Shown: positions 1 through 14,256, counted from the first letter of the stretch. The stretch: 64,000 nt of DNA from Psilocybe cubensis (GCA_017499595.2 CM039003.1:1364001-1428000), one strand, 5' to 3'. Translations and numbers: made by a program. Notes: generated by a model from the sequence alone, not told the origin.

Positions 1-1339
1 CAATCTTCAATTAGTCGTCAGCGTAGATGTTATGGATATCAGTGGAGAGCTTCAGAGAGATATCTCACACAATGTCCTCAAAACACGACTTGACAGTCTC
101 GGCGTGGCGGTTCCCAACTCATTTAACGCGGAACTGAGAAACGATTTGGATAAATTGAACGATGTCAAGAAGGATAATTACTGCGGGTCCTGCTACGGTG
201 GTTTGGAGCCGGAAAGCGGATGCTGTAATACTTGTGAGGAGGTCCGGACGGCGTATGTGAACCGTGGATGGAGTTTCGCCAACCCAGACGCTATCGAACA
301 GGCAAGCAGGTTCCTAACGCATTCGTTTGATTTTCTTTTCTCATCCCCTCCAAAATAGTGCAAAAACGAGGGATGGGCGGACAAACTAAAGGAGCAGGCT
401 GATGAGGGCTGCAATATCTCTGGTCGAATTCGTGTCAACAAGGTCATTGGCAACATCCATTTCTCACCCGGCCGCTCTTTCCAGACCAACACCCGAAACT
501 TATATGAACTTGTTCCATATCTCCGAGATGACCAGAACCGCCACGATTTCTCACACACTATTCATCATTTCGCCTTTGAGGGTATGCTATCTGACTCAAG
601 TTCAAACAACAACTTGGACTGATTGTTATAATCTTTCAGGTGATGATGAATATGACTACTGGAAAGCTGAGGCCAGTAAGGAGATGAAGAAGCGAATTGG
701 AATCAACACCAATCCACTTGACGGGTCTGTTGGCCGCACCGTAAAAGCCCAATATATGTTCCAATACTTCCTTAAAGTCGTCTCGACGCAATTCCGTACC
801 TTGAACGATGCTCAGATTGTATGTACTTCACACCGTTTCTGGTTTTCTTTTTTTTGACTGAAACGACTGCCGCTGTTGTAGATCAACTCGCATCAGTACA
901 GCACAACACACTTTGAGCGTGATCTCAGTGAGGGTATTAACGGAGATACACCCGCTGGTCTACACGTTCAACACGGTGTCACTGGTCTGCCAGGTATACG
1001 TTACTACGGTACCATTTGATAATTCATTCATCTAATCTTTTTTCTCTCAGGCGCTTTCTTCAACTTTGAGATCTCGCCTATCCTCGTAGTACATGCTGAA
1101 ACTCGTCAATCATTTGCGCACTTCCTGACATCGTTAGTTCACCTTTTCATCAACCTTTTGTGGTCATTTTTGCTGACGCTGGAGTTTTTTTTTCTTGTAA
1201 TTATAGGACATGTGCGATTGTCGGAGGAGTTCTCACCGTCGCATCTCTGCTCGACGGCATTCTCTTCGCCACAGGGCGCGCGCTGAAGAAGTCAGGTGTT
1301 TCATCATCAGGCGGCGGGTATGGAGGAAAGCTCATGTAA
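1..1339 (+). CDS. ERV46: ER-Golgi intermediate compartment protein (Erv46/ERGIC3 family), 5'-truncated by window edge, multi-exon
   Basis: Spliced peptide contains DVMDISGE, YCGSCYG...CCNTCEEVRTAY..GW, EGCNISGRIRVNKVIGNIHFSPG, MFQYFLKVVST, GLPGAFFNFEISPI and CAIVGGVLTVA. It ends GGKLM* (TAA 1337-1339). Confidence 0.93.
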
Positions 1340-1825
1340 ATTATGCACTCATACACGCGGAAAAGAAACACATCGACGCAATTTTGGGGTCGTCTATAAA
1401 TTACTTGCATAGCTCGAGTACACCCACCCCACTACTCTATTGTGCGCCCCAGGATTGTTCTTGTTTCACCATGTACCGTATAATATGGATTTGCGTTTGT
1501 ACCATATATCCACTGCTAACACATTGGTTTTTATTATCTTTTTGTCGTCCTGATGCAAGCACAAGTCGCGAAGAAATTGAATGTCAGGCAACGGAAACCA
1601 TGGTCTCAACCCATTTGCACGATTCATCTATAGGGGATACAGGTAGAGATAAATCCGGTAGAGTAGAAAAATACAAAATTTACACGACGGGAAACGAAAG
1701 CAAAGGAAACAGACGAGAATAAAAATAAAATAGATAGAGATGCAGAAACCTGAGATTCCTGATTGGAGTGCCATTTCTGAGGTAGCAATATTATTGATGG
1801 GAAGAGGTCACAGTTGATGGGGTTT

Positions 1826-3580
1826 TCATCGACCGTGCACTTTACGTCTTTTTATCGGAGTTGGGACAGCGTGAGCATGCTTCTTGGACCGGCCGTTATC
1901 ATGGTTGGTTTCGACGCGCTGTGTGCCGTACACCTCTTCGTGATTATCCTGAATAAGTTTGCCAAATGATTAGACTGATACATGGAAAAAAGGAAAAGAA
2001 AGGAACTGTCATTGAAAGAGAGCCAACGAAATAAAAACATACCTCGGCGCCCATCATCAGCTCATCATCTTCGTCCTCGTCCTCGTCCTCTTCCACTTCG
2101 GAGTCGCCATCCTCTTTATAATTTATACGATTCCGTTGCCTGAACCTTCGCTGGCCACTTTGTTGGCGTGGACGACCAGCATCAGGCCATGCACCCGAAC
2201 CAGAGTCGACGATCTGGGCATCAATTTCCTGCTCATCTTCATTCTGCTGCTCCTCATCCTCTGATTCGTCTTCAATGATTTTTCGGCGCGGCGTTCGCAG
2301 ATATCGCTGATACTCTTCAGACTCCTCTTTCTTTTTGATAGTAGTGGTTGATGTAGTTGCGACATTCTGATACGTAGGCGCGATGCCTACGTTATCGCGT
2401 AAGAAAGCCTCATCACCTGAGCAGCTCTCCTCACGCTTGACGTGCACAACGGCTTGCACCCTACGAATGACTGTAGACGAGCGTATAGTTGCTGGAGCAT
2501 CTTCCTTAGGTAATGCTGCCGGTACCGCTGATTGCTGTACACTTGAGGCAAGGTTTTTCTTAACACGTTTCACGCCTGTGGACGACCCTTCTCCTCTATC
2601 GTTCCCAGCCTGTAGGGGGCGCACATCTCGCTCGTGATCGATATGGCTTTTGGCTCTGCGTTTGCGTCGTTGGGGGTTTGTGCCAGATCCGGGTTGGGAT
2701 CCAGGTATTACGGTGGGAGAATCGAGCGATGACGGGCTCGGTGGAGCGGGTGCCTGAGTTGGCGATACTGTCGTCTCCAAAGGCCCCTTCGACGAGGGCG
2801 CTGAATTTGAAGTATTGGAATACTTCATGGACTTGGGGGTCTGAAGCGCCGCTGAGCTTACCCTCTGAGGCTGCTTGTTATCGTAAGAATAGGAATGTTA
2901 AGTGAACAATACGGATGTTTCGAAACAAAATCAAGCATACCTGAAGCTTCTCGACGACCAGCTCATCTATCCTCGATGACTGCGCACATCGTTCCTGCTC
3001 GACGCGTAGGAAGTGTTCTTGCCAATTGCGCGACTGGTCTTTCCATTGGGTCACCTCACGCCGGAGTTGAGTGATCGTCTCGATCTGCCCAGCGAGCGTC
3101 TCTGCTTGATGAGCGATCTAGTAATATCATCTTTAGTCAGTGATATCTTTATCGAGCAAAGATCACAGAAAATAAGACGCACTGTTAACTCGGCTTGGGA
3201 GAGCTATGTATCCATGAGTGAGAAGCGTTAGCATCAAAAGCTTAATTAGACAAATTTAGGTTTCTCAATGGAAGAACATGGGCACGCACAGCAGCTTTCG
3301 TCGAAACAATCTCTTGTTTCCAACCTTGTGCTTCAAGTTGGAATACATGCAGCTCTCTAACTGCCTTATCTCTATCCGCTTTAGCTTCTCGTAGCTCAAC
3401 GCACATACGTGCCACCTCCAAGCGTGACCGCGCCTCGACATCCGCGAACTGGCGTAGTGCCATATTACTAACATAGTTACACCATTTATGAAGGGCAAGA
3501 AGACTTACAGCTTGGTAGGCTGCCTTTGAAAATATTGATAACGATTCTGCGAATGTCGCTGATGGAGTTGGGGACGACAT
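1826..3580 (-). CDS. Hypothetical protein: N-terminal coiled coil followed by a long disordered acidic/basic region, probably nuclear
   Basis: ORFs 3242..3616 and 1944..2828 are joinable via GT-AG introns. The last exon ends PIKRRKVHGR* (NLS-like). The start codon is uncertain. Confidence 0.65.
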
Positions 3581-4724
3581 AATGGTTTGGCCCACTGTGA
3601 TTCCAGTGTGATTCACGCCGAGGGACTAAAGAGACAGGCGCGTGACAACGTTCGTCGCCACTGGTCACATATGTGACACGACGTGTACAATGGGTATGCT
3701 TTGATTTAGGGTAGGTCAAATGTCTTGGTACTACTAGTACTACTATTACTATAGTACCAAGTTGAATAAAAATCGACTTATACTTCTTATTGAGTTTCAG
3801 GTCAATTTTTTGAAAATTTAAGCAGCGTAATGACTTTGATTTGTCAACGCATCTTATTATTTTATTTTAACGTCGTGAGCAAGAAAACCTGATTCCTTTG
3901 ACTTCCGATGGAATACTATCTCGTTCCCATAAAAGTGAACTTTGCTGCAGGGACACTTTCTCCTTTGTGGGACGAGACATATTGCCAACGATGCATGTTT
4001 GGGAAAATGTTGTTGCATCTCTCCTTATTCAGTGATAACTTGATGACTTTTGTCCCAATAACAAGTTTCCTCATTCGGAAATGTTTATGCCTGAAATGGT
4101 AAGCCCATCGTGCCAGCAGGTTCCTCAAGTACACTAGTCTACTGGGTATGATACAGATTCTATTGTGGATATAATTAACTTTTTCTGGGAAAGAAATTTC
4201 TACTGCATTCATTGTGTAAAAATCATCTTTCAGGCCGCAAATTTAGTGCAAGCAGGCCCGTTGTGCAGTACAGGCGCTTATATGCACAAGAAGGAATATG
4301 TCCAATATTGCGCTCTCCGACATCGCAGCCATTTGTCTTACGTCACACATGTCGATTATCCATCAAGTGAAGGGCATGCTTGATTTGGGAAACCATATTT
4401 GACAACTATTTTGGCTCCATTAATATAGAAAACCATTTGACGTATCGATGATTGAAGGTTGAACGTAACGACAGTGAAGAAACAGCAAATTCAAACATTA
4501 CCCCGACGCTCCCATTTCTCACATGCTTATTTTATATTGGCGTATTGATTCTGTTTATTGGGTGTTACAATTAAAGCTGGGCCTGCACGGATGAAGTTGA
4601 AGCGGAAATCCGTTGAATGTAGTATCGTGGTTACCTCACCTCCTTGGTCAAGAATCAGTAAGTATATCTAAAACCAATCGTTGGGTCGACGTTATCGATG
4701 CTGACCTATTTTTTCCGAATTCAC

Positions 4725-5765
4725 TTATTTTTGTTGTCGCTTTGCACACATTTGAGAGGCAGACTCTTTCATAGCATCGGACCAGTGGGCGTCCCAAAAC
4801 TCTTCTTCATTGCCTTTTTGCTCTGGTTCGTACGCATTCAAATATTAGCACAGCGTTAATAGAGAGAACTCACTAGAACCGGGTTTACGAATAAGTGAGA
4901 ATACAGAGTGGGCAAGATCACGACGCTCGACCAAGGTCAACATAGCGTCGATAGATTGGTTCTTGCTTGCTGCGTGGACCAGCAGCTCTTTCCACATCCA
5001 AGCAAGCATGTCTAAGACACACTCAGAACTCTAGACGTAGTGTCAGACTTTATCGACACATGTAATATTTCAAGCGAATATATGCACCTTATATATGACA
5101 TTCTTGTCGTCATCGGTGATTTTGATGTTGAAGGGCAGGTCAGTATATTCACATCTTCGTCGAATAATAAGTAAGTAAATGCGTTTGCTGATTCGAACTT
5201 TTCAACCTACCTGCTGTTACATTTTTCCATGCCTTTGACGGTATCGGTACACAAAACAAGTGCCTGCTGTATGCGCTTAAAGTCAGGGCCTTTCACCTTC
5301 GTCATCAGTTGCCAGAGTTTTGGAAGCCACTTCAAGATTTCTGCGCTGATATCGGTCATCATTTCGGCTTGCTCCTCGTACCCATCCGTACGGTCTCGTC
5401 TAACGTGCTCTTTCAGGTCTTTTAAACCAGATTTAAGCGACTCCTTGTGTTCAGCATATCCGATGGCATTCTCAATCGACTCTGCCGGAAAATATTGAGC
5501 CATTCATCACATACTCCGGAAGACAACAGAAAAACTATGTACCTTGCGTCGATTTTTTACTTGGAGCTACCTTGGTAGTCTTGGAAGTAGCAGGGATATT
5601 TTTCGGCTTCGAAGACGCGGATTTGCGGGCTGTTGTGGGCTGTGCGTCTGAAGAGGAAGACTCGGTGCTTATGCGAGGTTTTTTCCTAGTGGGCTCGGTT
5701 AAAGTGAGCGTAGCCTCAGAAACAGGTTTTTCAGCTCTGGTCCTCTTTTTTGCAACAGTAGGCAT
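4725..5765 (-). CDS. Hypothetical protein with Lys/Ser-rich N-terminus and helical C-terminal domain
   Basis: ORFs 5535..5765 and 5207..5503 plus downstream exons bounded by GT-AG. The last exon reads EEFWDAHWSDAMKESASQMCAKRQQK*. Confidence 0.65.
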
Positions 5766-6079
5766 TGAGTGCTGAGCAGGGGAGGGGTATGATTCTTCGA
5801 TGTTGTGTTGTGGGAGGGAGCAAGTTATATCCTACAAAGAGCTTTCAAATCTGAGCTCGTGACTACATCAAGCAAAAGCTGTCACCAACAGGCGTGAAGC
5901 TGTCCGATCCTATTGATTCAATGATTAATTAATTCTAGATTGTTCATTGCATTTCCATAAGTTACAATGCAAGTGGTTTCGATAGCCTTCTTTACTTGGT
6001 TGGGCACAGCGCACACAGCATTAATTGTTCAACAGGTTGAAACGATAATGCGTTACAACGCTGGGGACAACTTCGGCTT

Positions 6080-7551
6080 TCACTCAGGGAGGTGAGGTAT
6101 GGTGAGACCAGCAGTTTTCGCAATCTGCAGAACTTTGTTCGCCTGAAGTAGAAAGACGCGATTAACACCTCGGATATGGGCAATCGATTCATATCCTGAC
6201 CTGCTTAATCATCGGTGCATCTATCATCTTCCCATTCAAGTCAGCAGCACCCTTCTGTGATTCATGAGCACGTTTCATCGCCTGAATAATTTGGGATGCT
6301 CGTAGAATTTCTGGAGAGAGTAGAAAATATTAATTTAACGAAAACAGTAAACCAAATTTCACCGAGAACTTACCTGCATTCGTTGGCACGTATGTAGCGT
6401 TAATTACAGCAACCTGAGAGGGGTGGATTGCTTGCTAAACAGTACCGTTTATGAATAGTTAGCTTTGTTGAACATAATCATACTCCAAACAGCCAAACGA
6501 CACACCTTGCCCGTAAAACCCAGCTGTCTCCCATCATCACATTCTTCCCTCAAAATGTCCAGATCCCGAAAGTCGACACAGACCATGTCAATGGCTTCGA
6601 GACCAAACGCCTTTGCCGTGATAACGATTTGGGAGCGGGTGTAGAGAAGCTCCCGCCGCGAAGTAGTGCGAATGATACCAGTGTCTGCGCAATCTTCAAG
6701 ACGTTTGCAAGCTCAACCGTCGCATTTCATCCAATGACTTGCAAATCGAAGTAACACTCACAATCTTCTGCGGCGAACTACATTGATAGAAACACCATCA
6801 TCAGAGGAACAAGAGCACAGAGATTTGGTGCATTTGTACTCACAAGAAGAGCGCTTAGACTACCTCCTGTAATGCCTCCGCATGAAGACCTCCATGACGC
6901 GATGGATCCCAAATTCCACATTCCCTTCGCGCTCTCGATACTAGGAATGACATTAAGGTGCGGTGTTTTCAGTCGGCGTCGAGCAATGGAGACGGCATCT
7001 GATATGTAGTCCAAGTCTGTGGTCGAGTGAATTTTTGGTAAAATCATTGATTTAACCAAAGGGTGCGACACCTGAGTTCGACGGGGGTGCTATGAGTTCT
7101 CCGCTTGGCTACTTTGGAACCAGGTACATACGATCTGTGTGATGTCCTCGCGAAAGAACGGCGTCGTAACATCATTCACTCGCACAGCGACGTGTAAACC
7201 ATGCAAGTCCGCGCTTCGCTCCTAGAATTCCAGTGTTGAAATATGTCAGGAGCCAGAACGACACAACAAAATTCAGTTAGTATGACCAACTTCTAGGAAT
7301 TCCCGCAACCGCTTTCTCGCCGCGAGTTTATCAGCCGGGGCAGGGGAAACGCTGTCCTCCAAATCGTATATGATTACATCCGAGCCTGAGGTGATGGACT
7401 TGTTGAGCATGCGATCTGACGATGTGGGGACATAGAGATATGACCGATGTAGTGACGTTTTGCTACTCAATCTCCTTGCCTTGTTAACTGCAGGATTGCA
7501 TTTCAAATAAGACTTCGCGTTTAGAAGGGGTCTTTGCAGAGTAGAAATCAT
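6080..7551 (-). CDS. HpcH/HpaI aldolase-citrate lyase beta family protein (CitE/CLYBL-like, citramalyl-CoA lyase-like), likely mitochondrial
   Basis: Motifs RSYLYVP, DVIIYDLEDSV, ILPKIHS, IPSIESAKG, FAAEDYCAD, AKAFGLEAIDMV, LGFTGKQAIHPSQV and GKMIDAPM. The N-terminus is basic and presequence-like. Confidence 0.9.
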
Positions 7552-7888
7552 TAAAGAGATACAAACAGTAAGTGTATAGCGTGTAGGTGAGAGTTAAAAT
7601 ACAACGTGGGAATGGAGACAGTAGCTAGTGATGGTATGTATGATGAATGTAGGTTGTAGATTTCCGAAATAGCAAGAAGATAAACCCTATGGATATGATA
7701 GTAATGTAACGATAAAGTATGCAATTGTCCAAGCAGCAAGAAATAGAAACCCTATGAATATAATACAGTGAGTAGATTGCAGCAGAGATGGCTTGAAGAT
7801 TATGTACAAAGGAAGGTAACAGAGATTGACCACAGGCCAAAAAGCATGAACAAAACGAAAACAAGAAAAGCAGGCAGACCAAAAAAAC

Positions 7889-9831
7889 TTATTCTGAGTC
7901 AGGGTAGAGAAGCTCAAAGTCGGAGAGATTGAAATCGTCGTCGTCTTCGTAATTTAACTTTTGCATCAACGTCGATAATTCAGCGGAGGGAGGAGTCGTG
8001 ATAGTGGAAGGGGAGGAGGGCGTGGTTGTAGTCGTGGTCGTTGCGGAGGTCAGGGAGGCGGTGGTATTATGTGTGGACATGGGAATATGACCAGTATCGG
8101 TCTCGTCAATAGTGTCAATGGTACCAAAATTATCGGTATCTGCGTGTTATTCTTTTATCAGTAGCGATTCAGATATAATTCATAAGATGTTTACCGATCT
8201 CCTTGCTCGTGCTTTCATTTAGATGGGTTTCTTCATCGACAATCATCACCCCGGACGAAGGGATTCTCGAGTGCAGAATTTTGTCAGCATATTTGATATT
8301 CGAGCCTGTTGTGGTGGCCAGTGGTGGATCGGTAGGGTAGATGTCTGCTGTTGTTTTTTCTTTGACAACTTTGGCAGACCGAGTTGGAGATGCCATTGGA
8401 ATATCCATGTCGTTATTAACGTGTGGCCGAGTCGTGACGTCGCTATCTTTCGGCGCTTGGATCAGTGAAGGAGGCGAGCTTTGCTCGAGAACATGGACGC
8501 CTGTGATAATCATATCTTCAGCGATATCTGGAGGTGCTTGTGTTAGAGGACTAAGCGGTAGGTCATTTATCGCGTCATGAATTATATTGGTTGTCGCCCT
8601 CTCCTTTGGGGAAGCAGTTAGCTGGCGTTCAGATACGGTTGCAGCCTGTGTGCTAGCGGGATGCGGAAGAGTATTCAATACAGGCGAAGCCATAGGACTT
8701 CCAGAGTACAAAGGTTTAGGCTTCTTTCTTTTAGCCTTCATTTTGGACTTCTGCCTGATTGAATCTTGGGTGCGACGAAAATAGATTGGTGTATGAAGAT
8801 TAGTCGATGTCACAGTCTCGTCCTTGTCTATGAGCCTAATGGCGCGTGGGCGAATGAAATTGGAAGATGAAAATATTGAAGTCCTCTGGGAATTTGCTCG
8901 TCTGGAAGGCCTAGAATTCATCATTAACTCTCTGTACGAGCGCTGAAGTTCGTCTAATGTTGCCCCAGAGGAACGCGTGGCCGAGTCTCCGGGGAAGATT
9001 TGTGAAGTTTCTTCTGGGTCCGTCCGTGCCATTGCATTGGGAGTGTCGTGAACAGGACTCGAAACGTTCATTCCTGAGTCACTAATATCTACTACCGGAC
9101 TGTCATCATCACTAGATTCAATCACAAGGACTTCGGCATCCTTATCAAGCACGGGTTTTTGGGGGCGAGATTTCGAAGGAGGGATATCGTCGTCAGAGCA
9201 CAGATCGATAACTTCAACCGAGTTGGATGCCGCTTTTGCAGACTTTTTCGGTTTTTTTCGAGGGGGTGCCTGATCATCACTTTCAGAACTTGATGTGATC
9301 TCAAAAGATCCCAAATGTTTGACTATTGGGCCAGCAGTTCATTGTAGGCCTATATGACAAGCGAAGAATCATTCCTCACCTTTTGGTGGTAGTGGTGGTG
9401 TCGTTCTTGATTTTGGTTTCGACTTTGGCGTACTTTTAGCGCTTGAATCCGCTTTATAATAGAATGGTTTGTATTGAGCGTGAAAAGCCTTTGAGAAAAT
9501 AGGTGAACATACTTTTTGGGACACGATGCCTTGGTAGCATGACGCCAAAAGGAAGGCCATCGGAGTCAGAGTCTGAAAGACGGTTTTCCGTCGCTTGGCC
9601 AGACCTTTTCGGTATTTTCAGCGCTGCTGACTTTTTCATGGTTGGTTTAGATAGCCGTCCAGCTCGTGTGGGAACGGGTGCATCGGGGGTCGACATTGGG
9701 AGAGGAGAAAAATTCGGCGAAGACGCGACAATTCGTTGCCTGGGGGTGGAAGGGCCAGCCTCAGCGTTGGGTTGACTCCTGCCCACACGTTTCCTCTTCT
9801 GTGTGGAACCAGGAGTCGCGTCGTCGCCCAT
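7889..9831 (-). CDS. Hypothetical low-complexity, intrinsically disordered protein (Ser/Pro/Thr/Lys-rich, with SIM-like VEVIDL and VLVIE motifs)
   Basis: ORFs 9454..9909, 9369..9560, 8169..9314 (381 aa) and 7889..8080 are joinable via GT-AG introns. The 5' end may extend further upstream. Confidence 0.65.
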
Positions 9832-10525
9832 CGACACGGTCCTCAAGGATGGAGACTGGATAAGAGAGTTGTCAGAAACGAGGACCTGAGCGCCTTTGAA
9901 TAAGAGCACCTGCCACCGGGCCGGGCATCTTCTCTGACAATTTGTCCTTCAGTCCTGTAAGCTTTTGAGAGTAACTCGGAAGACTTCCATTCAAAGAGAT
10001 GCGATTTCGTTATGGCTTTACTTTGAGAATGTAATGTAAGTCTGAGTTTTATCAACCAGTGTAATACTTGTCTAGTTAAATGCGTGCTTGGCAAAAGCAT
10101 GCCCTGGAATTCGATAAAAAAAGAGTGATATCAAATGATTCAAATCAAGGAGTTTTAAAGTACAACTGCGAGGGTGTTCGTCTATTCTTAAAGCTCATCT
10201 CCGACTTGAAACCATCGACTTTACGCCGTTCCGTCGCTGTGTCTATCTCCGAGTCAGAATCCGGAGGCCTGCCAGCAACGTACGGGAAGATATTGCGCCA
10301 TCGACCTATAGCTATATTGTCATGTTTCACCAGTTGTCACTGAACCTATTTATTCTCAGCAACCGACTTAAGTCAACACTACACCGGAAAAGGCATCACC
10401 ATTTTGATTCACGATATCGAATATAAGCATAGGAGACTCTTTGATACACCATCGAATTGGATTTCGTATATCCCTTATCTGTCCAGGGACAAGAAGGGCT
10501 GTTTTTAATTTCGCTTCAGCAAGAA

Positions 10526-13500
10526 ATGGACTCGCCCAACTCGCCTAGTATACCCCACCGTACGGTCTCCTCGTTGTCTTCTTTAGCTACGCTAATGTCC
10601 AGTCAAGCATCCCTCAGTCGCTATCTCCAATCAAATGTCCCTCCGCCTGTTCTTATTCACTCCCTCCATGAGTCGCGAAGCTCGGTGCTCAGCCTGGCTT
10701 CCAATGAGCGCTACATTTTCTCGGGTAGCCAGAACCAAGATATCTCAGTGAGCCTGTATTTTAATACTGCTATTCTGCCGTTTGATGTGTACTTGTAGGT
10801 GTGGGACAAAGAAACCTTCCAGCTGAAGGACACGTTGCGGGGCCATACAGGAAGTGTTTTGGGCCTAGAGTATGCAAAGGACAAGAAGTGGCTGTTTAGC
10901 TCCTCAGGTACGATGATTTTTTCTCATAGAGGTGTATCTGTTTCTTAAGTGGACTCGATTCCTCAGGCGATAGTACTGTGCGGGTACGCATGTTTTGCTG
11001 TGATACTATCTTTGAGTCACTCACTCACATTCGCACAGGTATGGTCAACGGAGACTTTGGAACCACTATACATCATTCAACCATACATGGGAGAGGGCGC
11101 CGGTGACCTCTTCTCTCTCGCCTGGTCATCAGCCCTCCAAACCATCTTCATTGGCTGTCAAAACACCTCCCTACAATGGTTCGATTTCCGTGAACCTATC
11201 TCGCGATCCTCCTCTTCATCATCACTCCGCCGCGAATCTGAAGGCACGCCTGCTCTAGGAGCAGGAGCGACATCGGGGACCTCAACTCCGAACAAGCTAG
11301 CTACTGCACGACAGGCCCACAAGTTCTTCGATAGTTACCCCCAATATGAGCGGAAAGCCGCCGACATTCATGCGAAGAACGGGAAACCTGGTCGAGGCAG
11401 CCCGGACTCTGATAGGTCAGATGCATCTGGCCCCGGGGAGTATCTCTGCATACCTGCTACCAATGTCATCGACTCAGCGCATTACGGATACATATATACC
11501 ATGACTATCCTGACCGGGTGGGATCAGGGAATACACTTGGCTACAGGCAGCGGTGATGAGTTGGTCAAAGTATGTTGACAAGAGTTTCTTCTTCGCATCT
11601 GGTATTTATCTCTTATCTCTCTTCGCAGCTATGGGCGTGTGATTCAGGGGTTCCAGAACTAGTCCACGAGTTTGAATGCAGTCATGGCGCGGTTTTGGCT
11701 CTAGTCTCTGAAGGAGACACCATATATGCCGGTTGTCAAGATGGCTATGTTCGGGTCTTTGACCTTGAGACAAAAACGTTTGTCAGGACTATAATCGTAC
11801 AAGAGGTCTGCATCTTAGGAAATAATCCAATTGGTTTAATATTGACTACTCCCACAGGGTGTTGACATTATTGCAATGTCCATGTTGGGCTCAGATCTCT
11901 ATACTTGTTCTGCTGACGGTTGGATCAAGGTATTTAATATGGTGCTTCAAAACAATTCCATTTTTTATCTTGACACTTAGCGATGGTCTGCTTCTTTTGA
12001 TTGTACTGCCTCATGGAAAGCGCATGACGGTATCGCTCTTTCCTCCATCATCAGTAGGAGAAACACCTATGAAAGTAGTGGATTCTATCTAATCAGCGGA
12101 GGGAGTGACGATCATATCAAGGTACTCCAAATGCGGATGAACATCCCTTTCTTTCACCTTATCATGCATTATCTAGGTTTGGGGTGTTACGCCGCCGAAA
12201 CCACGTCGCTCGGTCGCCTCCTATGAAGACAATGACGTGGAAAATCCGAACAAATCATGTATCGGTTCTGGAACATTTTTTGGTACACTTTCTTGACATA
12301 AATAGTCGTTCAGCACCTCTGACAACGTGCACAGATACCATGGTTTATGCCCTCTCTAAATTTACAACGATTCCTAGTATCAGCTCTATACCTGCGCATA
12401 GGGAAGACTGTCGACAGGCTGCTATTTGGTTGAGAAAGTGCCTTGGACAACTCGGTGCGAAGACATCATTGGTAATGTTTTTGTCTTTCTCTTACCCTTT
12501 TTGTTGCTAATGATATGGAAATAGTTACCCACCGGTGAAGGAAACAATCCCATCGTTCTGGCAACTTTCTCTGGCGCAAAAGGCGAAAAGCCAAAACGCA
12601 GGGTACTTTTTTACGGGCAAGTCGAACTTCTGTTGTAATGCTTCTACTACTAAACACGTATCTCCCATAGACACTACGACGTAATACCTGCACCACCCGA
12701 AGGGTGGCACTCAGATCCGTTCATCTTGACTGGGCGCAATGGATACCTATATGGAAGAGGCGCCACCGACAACAAGGGGCCCATTATTGCCGTTGCATGC
12801 GCTGCTGCCGACCTCCTCTCACGCCGTGCACTTGAAGTTGATTTGGTATTCCTTATCGAGGGGGATGAAGAATGTGGAAGCAAAGGATTCAAACAGACTG
12901 TTCAAAAGCACAAGGCTTGTCATACAGCTTTCCCAATTGCAAATTGATTTTTACACCCAATTTAGAACGCGATTGGAAACATCGATGCTATCTTGGTTAG
13001 GTGAGCCTCAGTCTTTTTTGACACTCCGCATTGGTTACTGGGTACTGACATCTTTTAATTCTAGTAACTCGACTTGGATAGCCGATGCCCAGCCATGCAT
13101 TACCTACGGTCTACGCGGAGTTGTACATTGTTCAGTGGAGGTAAAGAAAGGACAGCTACTTCATCTCGTTTGTCCACTCATTTTTACTTGACAGATCAGC
13201 GCCGATAGGCCTGATTTGCACTCTGGAATTGAAGGCGGTGCTGTAGCGGAACCTATGGTCGACATGTATGTAATTTCTGGCTTTTTAACAAAGACACCAG
13301 GGAAATCTTATTTCTTCGTTTTGCTTAGGGTCAGGCTCTTGGCAACCCTCACAGATAATAATCAGGTAGTACAGATACCTGGTTTTTGTCAGTATTTCCT
13401 TCTTACAATCCTCGATAATCTTACTGAAGGTACTTGTTCTCAGACGACAAAGTTCGTCCGCAAACAACGGAAGAAAAAGACTTGTACAAGCTTTTATCAG

Positions 13501-14256
13501 CAGTAACCAACAGGCCTGCATCGCTTTTGTCATCTCGCTGGCGCGAACCATCATTCACAATTCACAATGTTGAAATCTCTGGCCCGAAGAGTCTGTTTAT
13601 CTCTCTTTTACTATAGGATTAAACTAAAATTTAAAACATCATCAGATGCTACTATTATACCAAGCAAAGTAAATGCACAGTTGTCCCTGCGTCTGGTACC
13701 GGATCAGAGCCTCGAAGATATCGTCAAATCTCTCCGTGAGCACCTACAGTCGTCTTTCAACAACCTTCGCTCGCCGAATAAGTTGACTGTATGCGTGTGA
13801 TCATTCAAATATGTGTGCAACAAACTTAATTGTTACTTAGGTCAATGTCAAGCATACAGCAGATTGGTGGCTGGGTGATCTGGAAGGACATTGGTTCGAG
13901 TCGTTGGAGAGCGCTGTACAGGAAGAGTGGGGTGTTGCTCCTCTTCGTATTCGTGAAGGAGGGGTGAGTTCGCCTGTTACATGCACTGTTTTTTGCTCAC
14001 TAATTTCCGTCCAGTCTATACCTTCAGTGCCTTACTTAGAAAAGGAGTTCGGATGTCATGCCCTCCATCTTCCTATGGGCCAGAGCTCGGTTAGTTGGCC
14101 CCCTTTCCTGGTTTTGTCTTGTGCTTAACTTTGTCTCAATAGGACCAGGCCCATCTACCCGATGAACGCATTTCTCTCATCAATCTCCGTAAAGGAAAAG
14201 CCGTCATCGAGCGCTTCTTACTCAAAGTTGCGGCTAGTTGCAAAGATGCTCAGTAG
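10526..14256 (+). CDS. DUG2: WD40 + M20 peptidase-domain protein (Dug2, glutathione degradation complex)
   Basis: N-terminal WD40 repeats (IFSGSQNQDISVWD, LRGHTGSV, LATGSGDELVKLW) followed by M20 motifs LFYGHYDV, GYLYGRGATDNKG, EGDEE, DLHSG, REGGSIP and AHLPDERI. Stop TAG at 14254-14256. Confidence 0.92.

Noticed and set aside
3720..4700. AT-rich intergenic region with short ORFs and a TACTA-type microrepeat (3729-3757)
   Set aside because: No recognisable domain, TIR/TSD or coherent exon chain.
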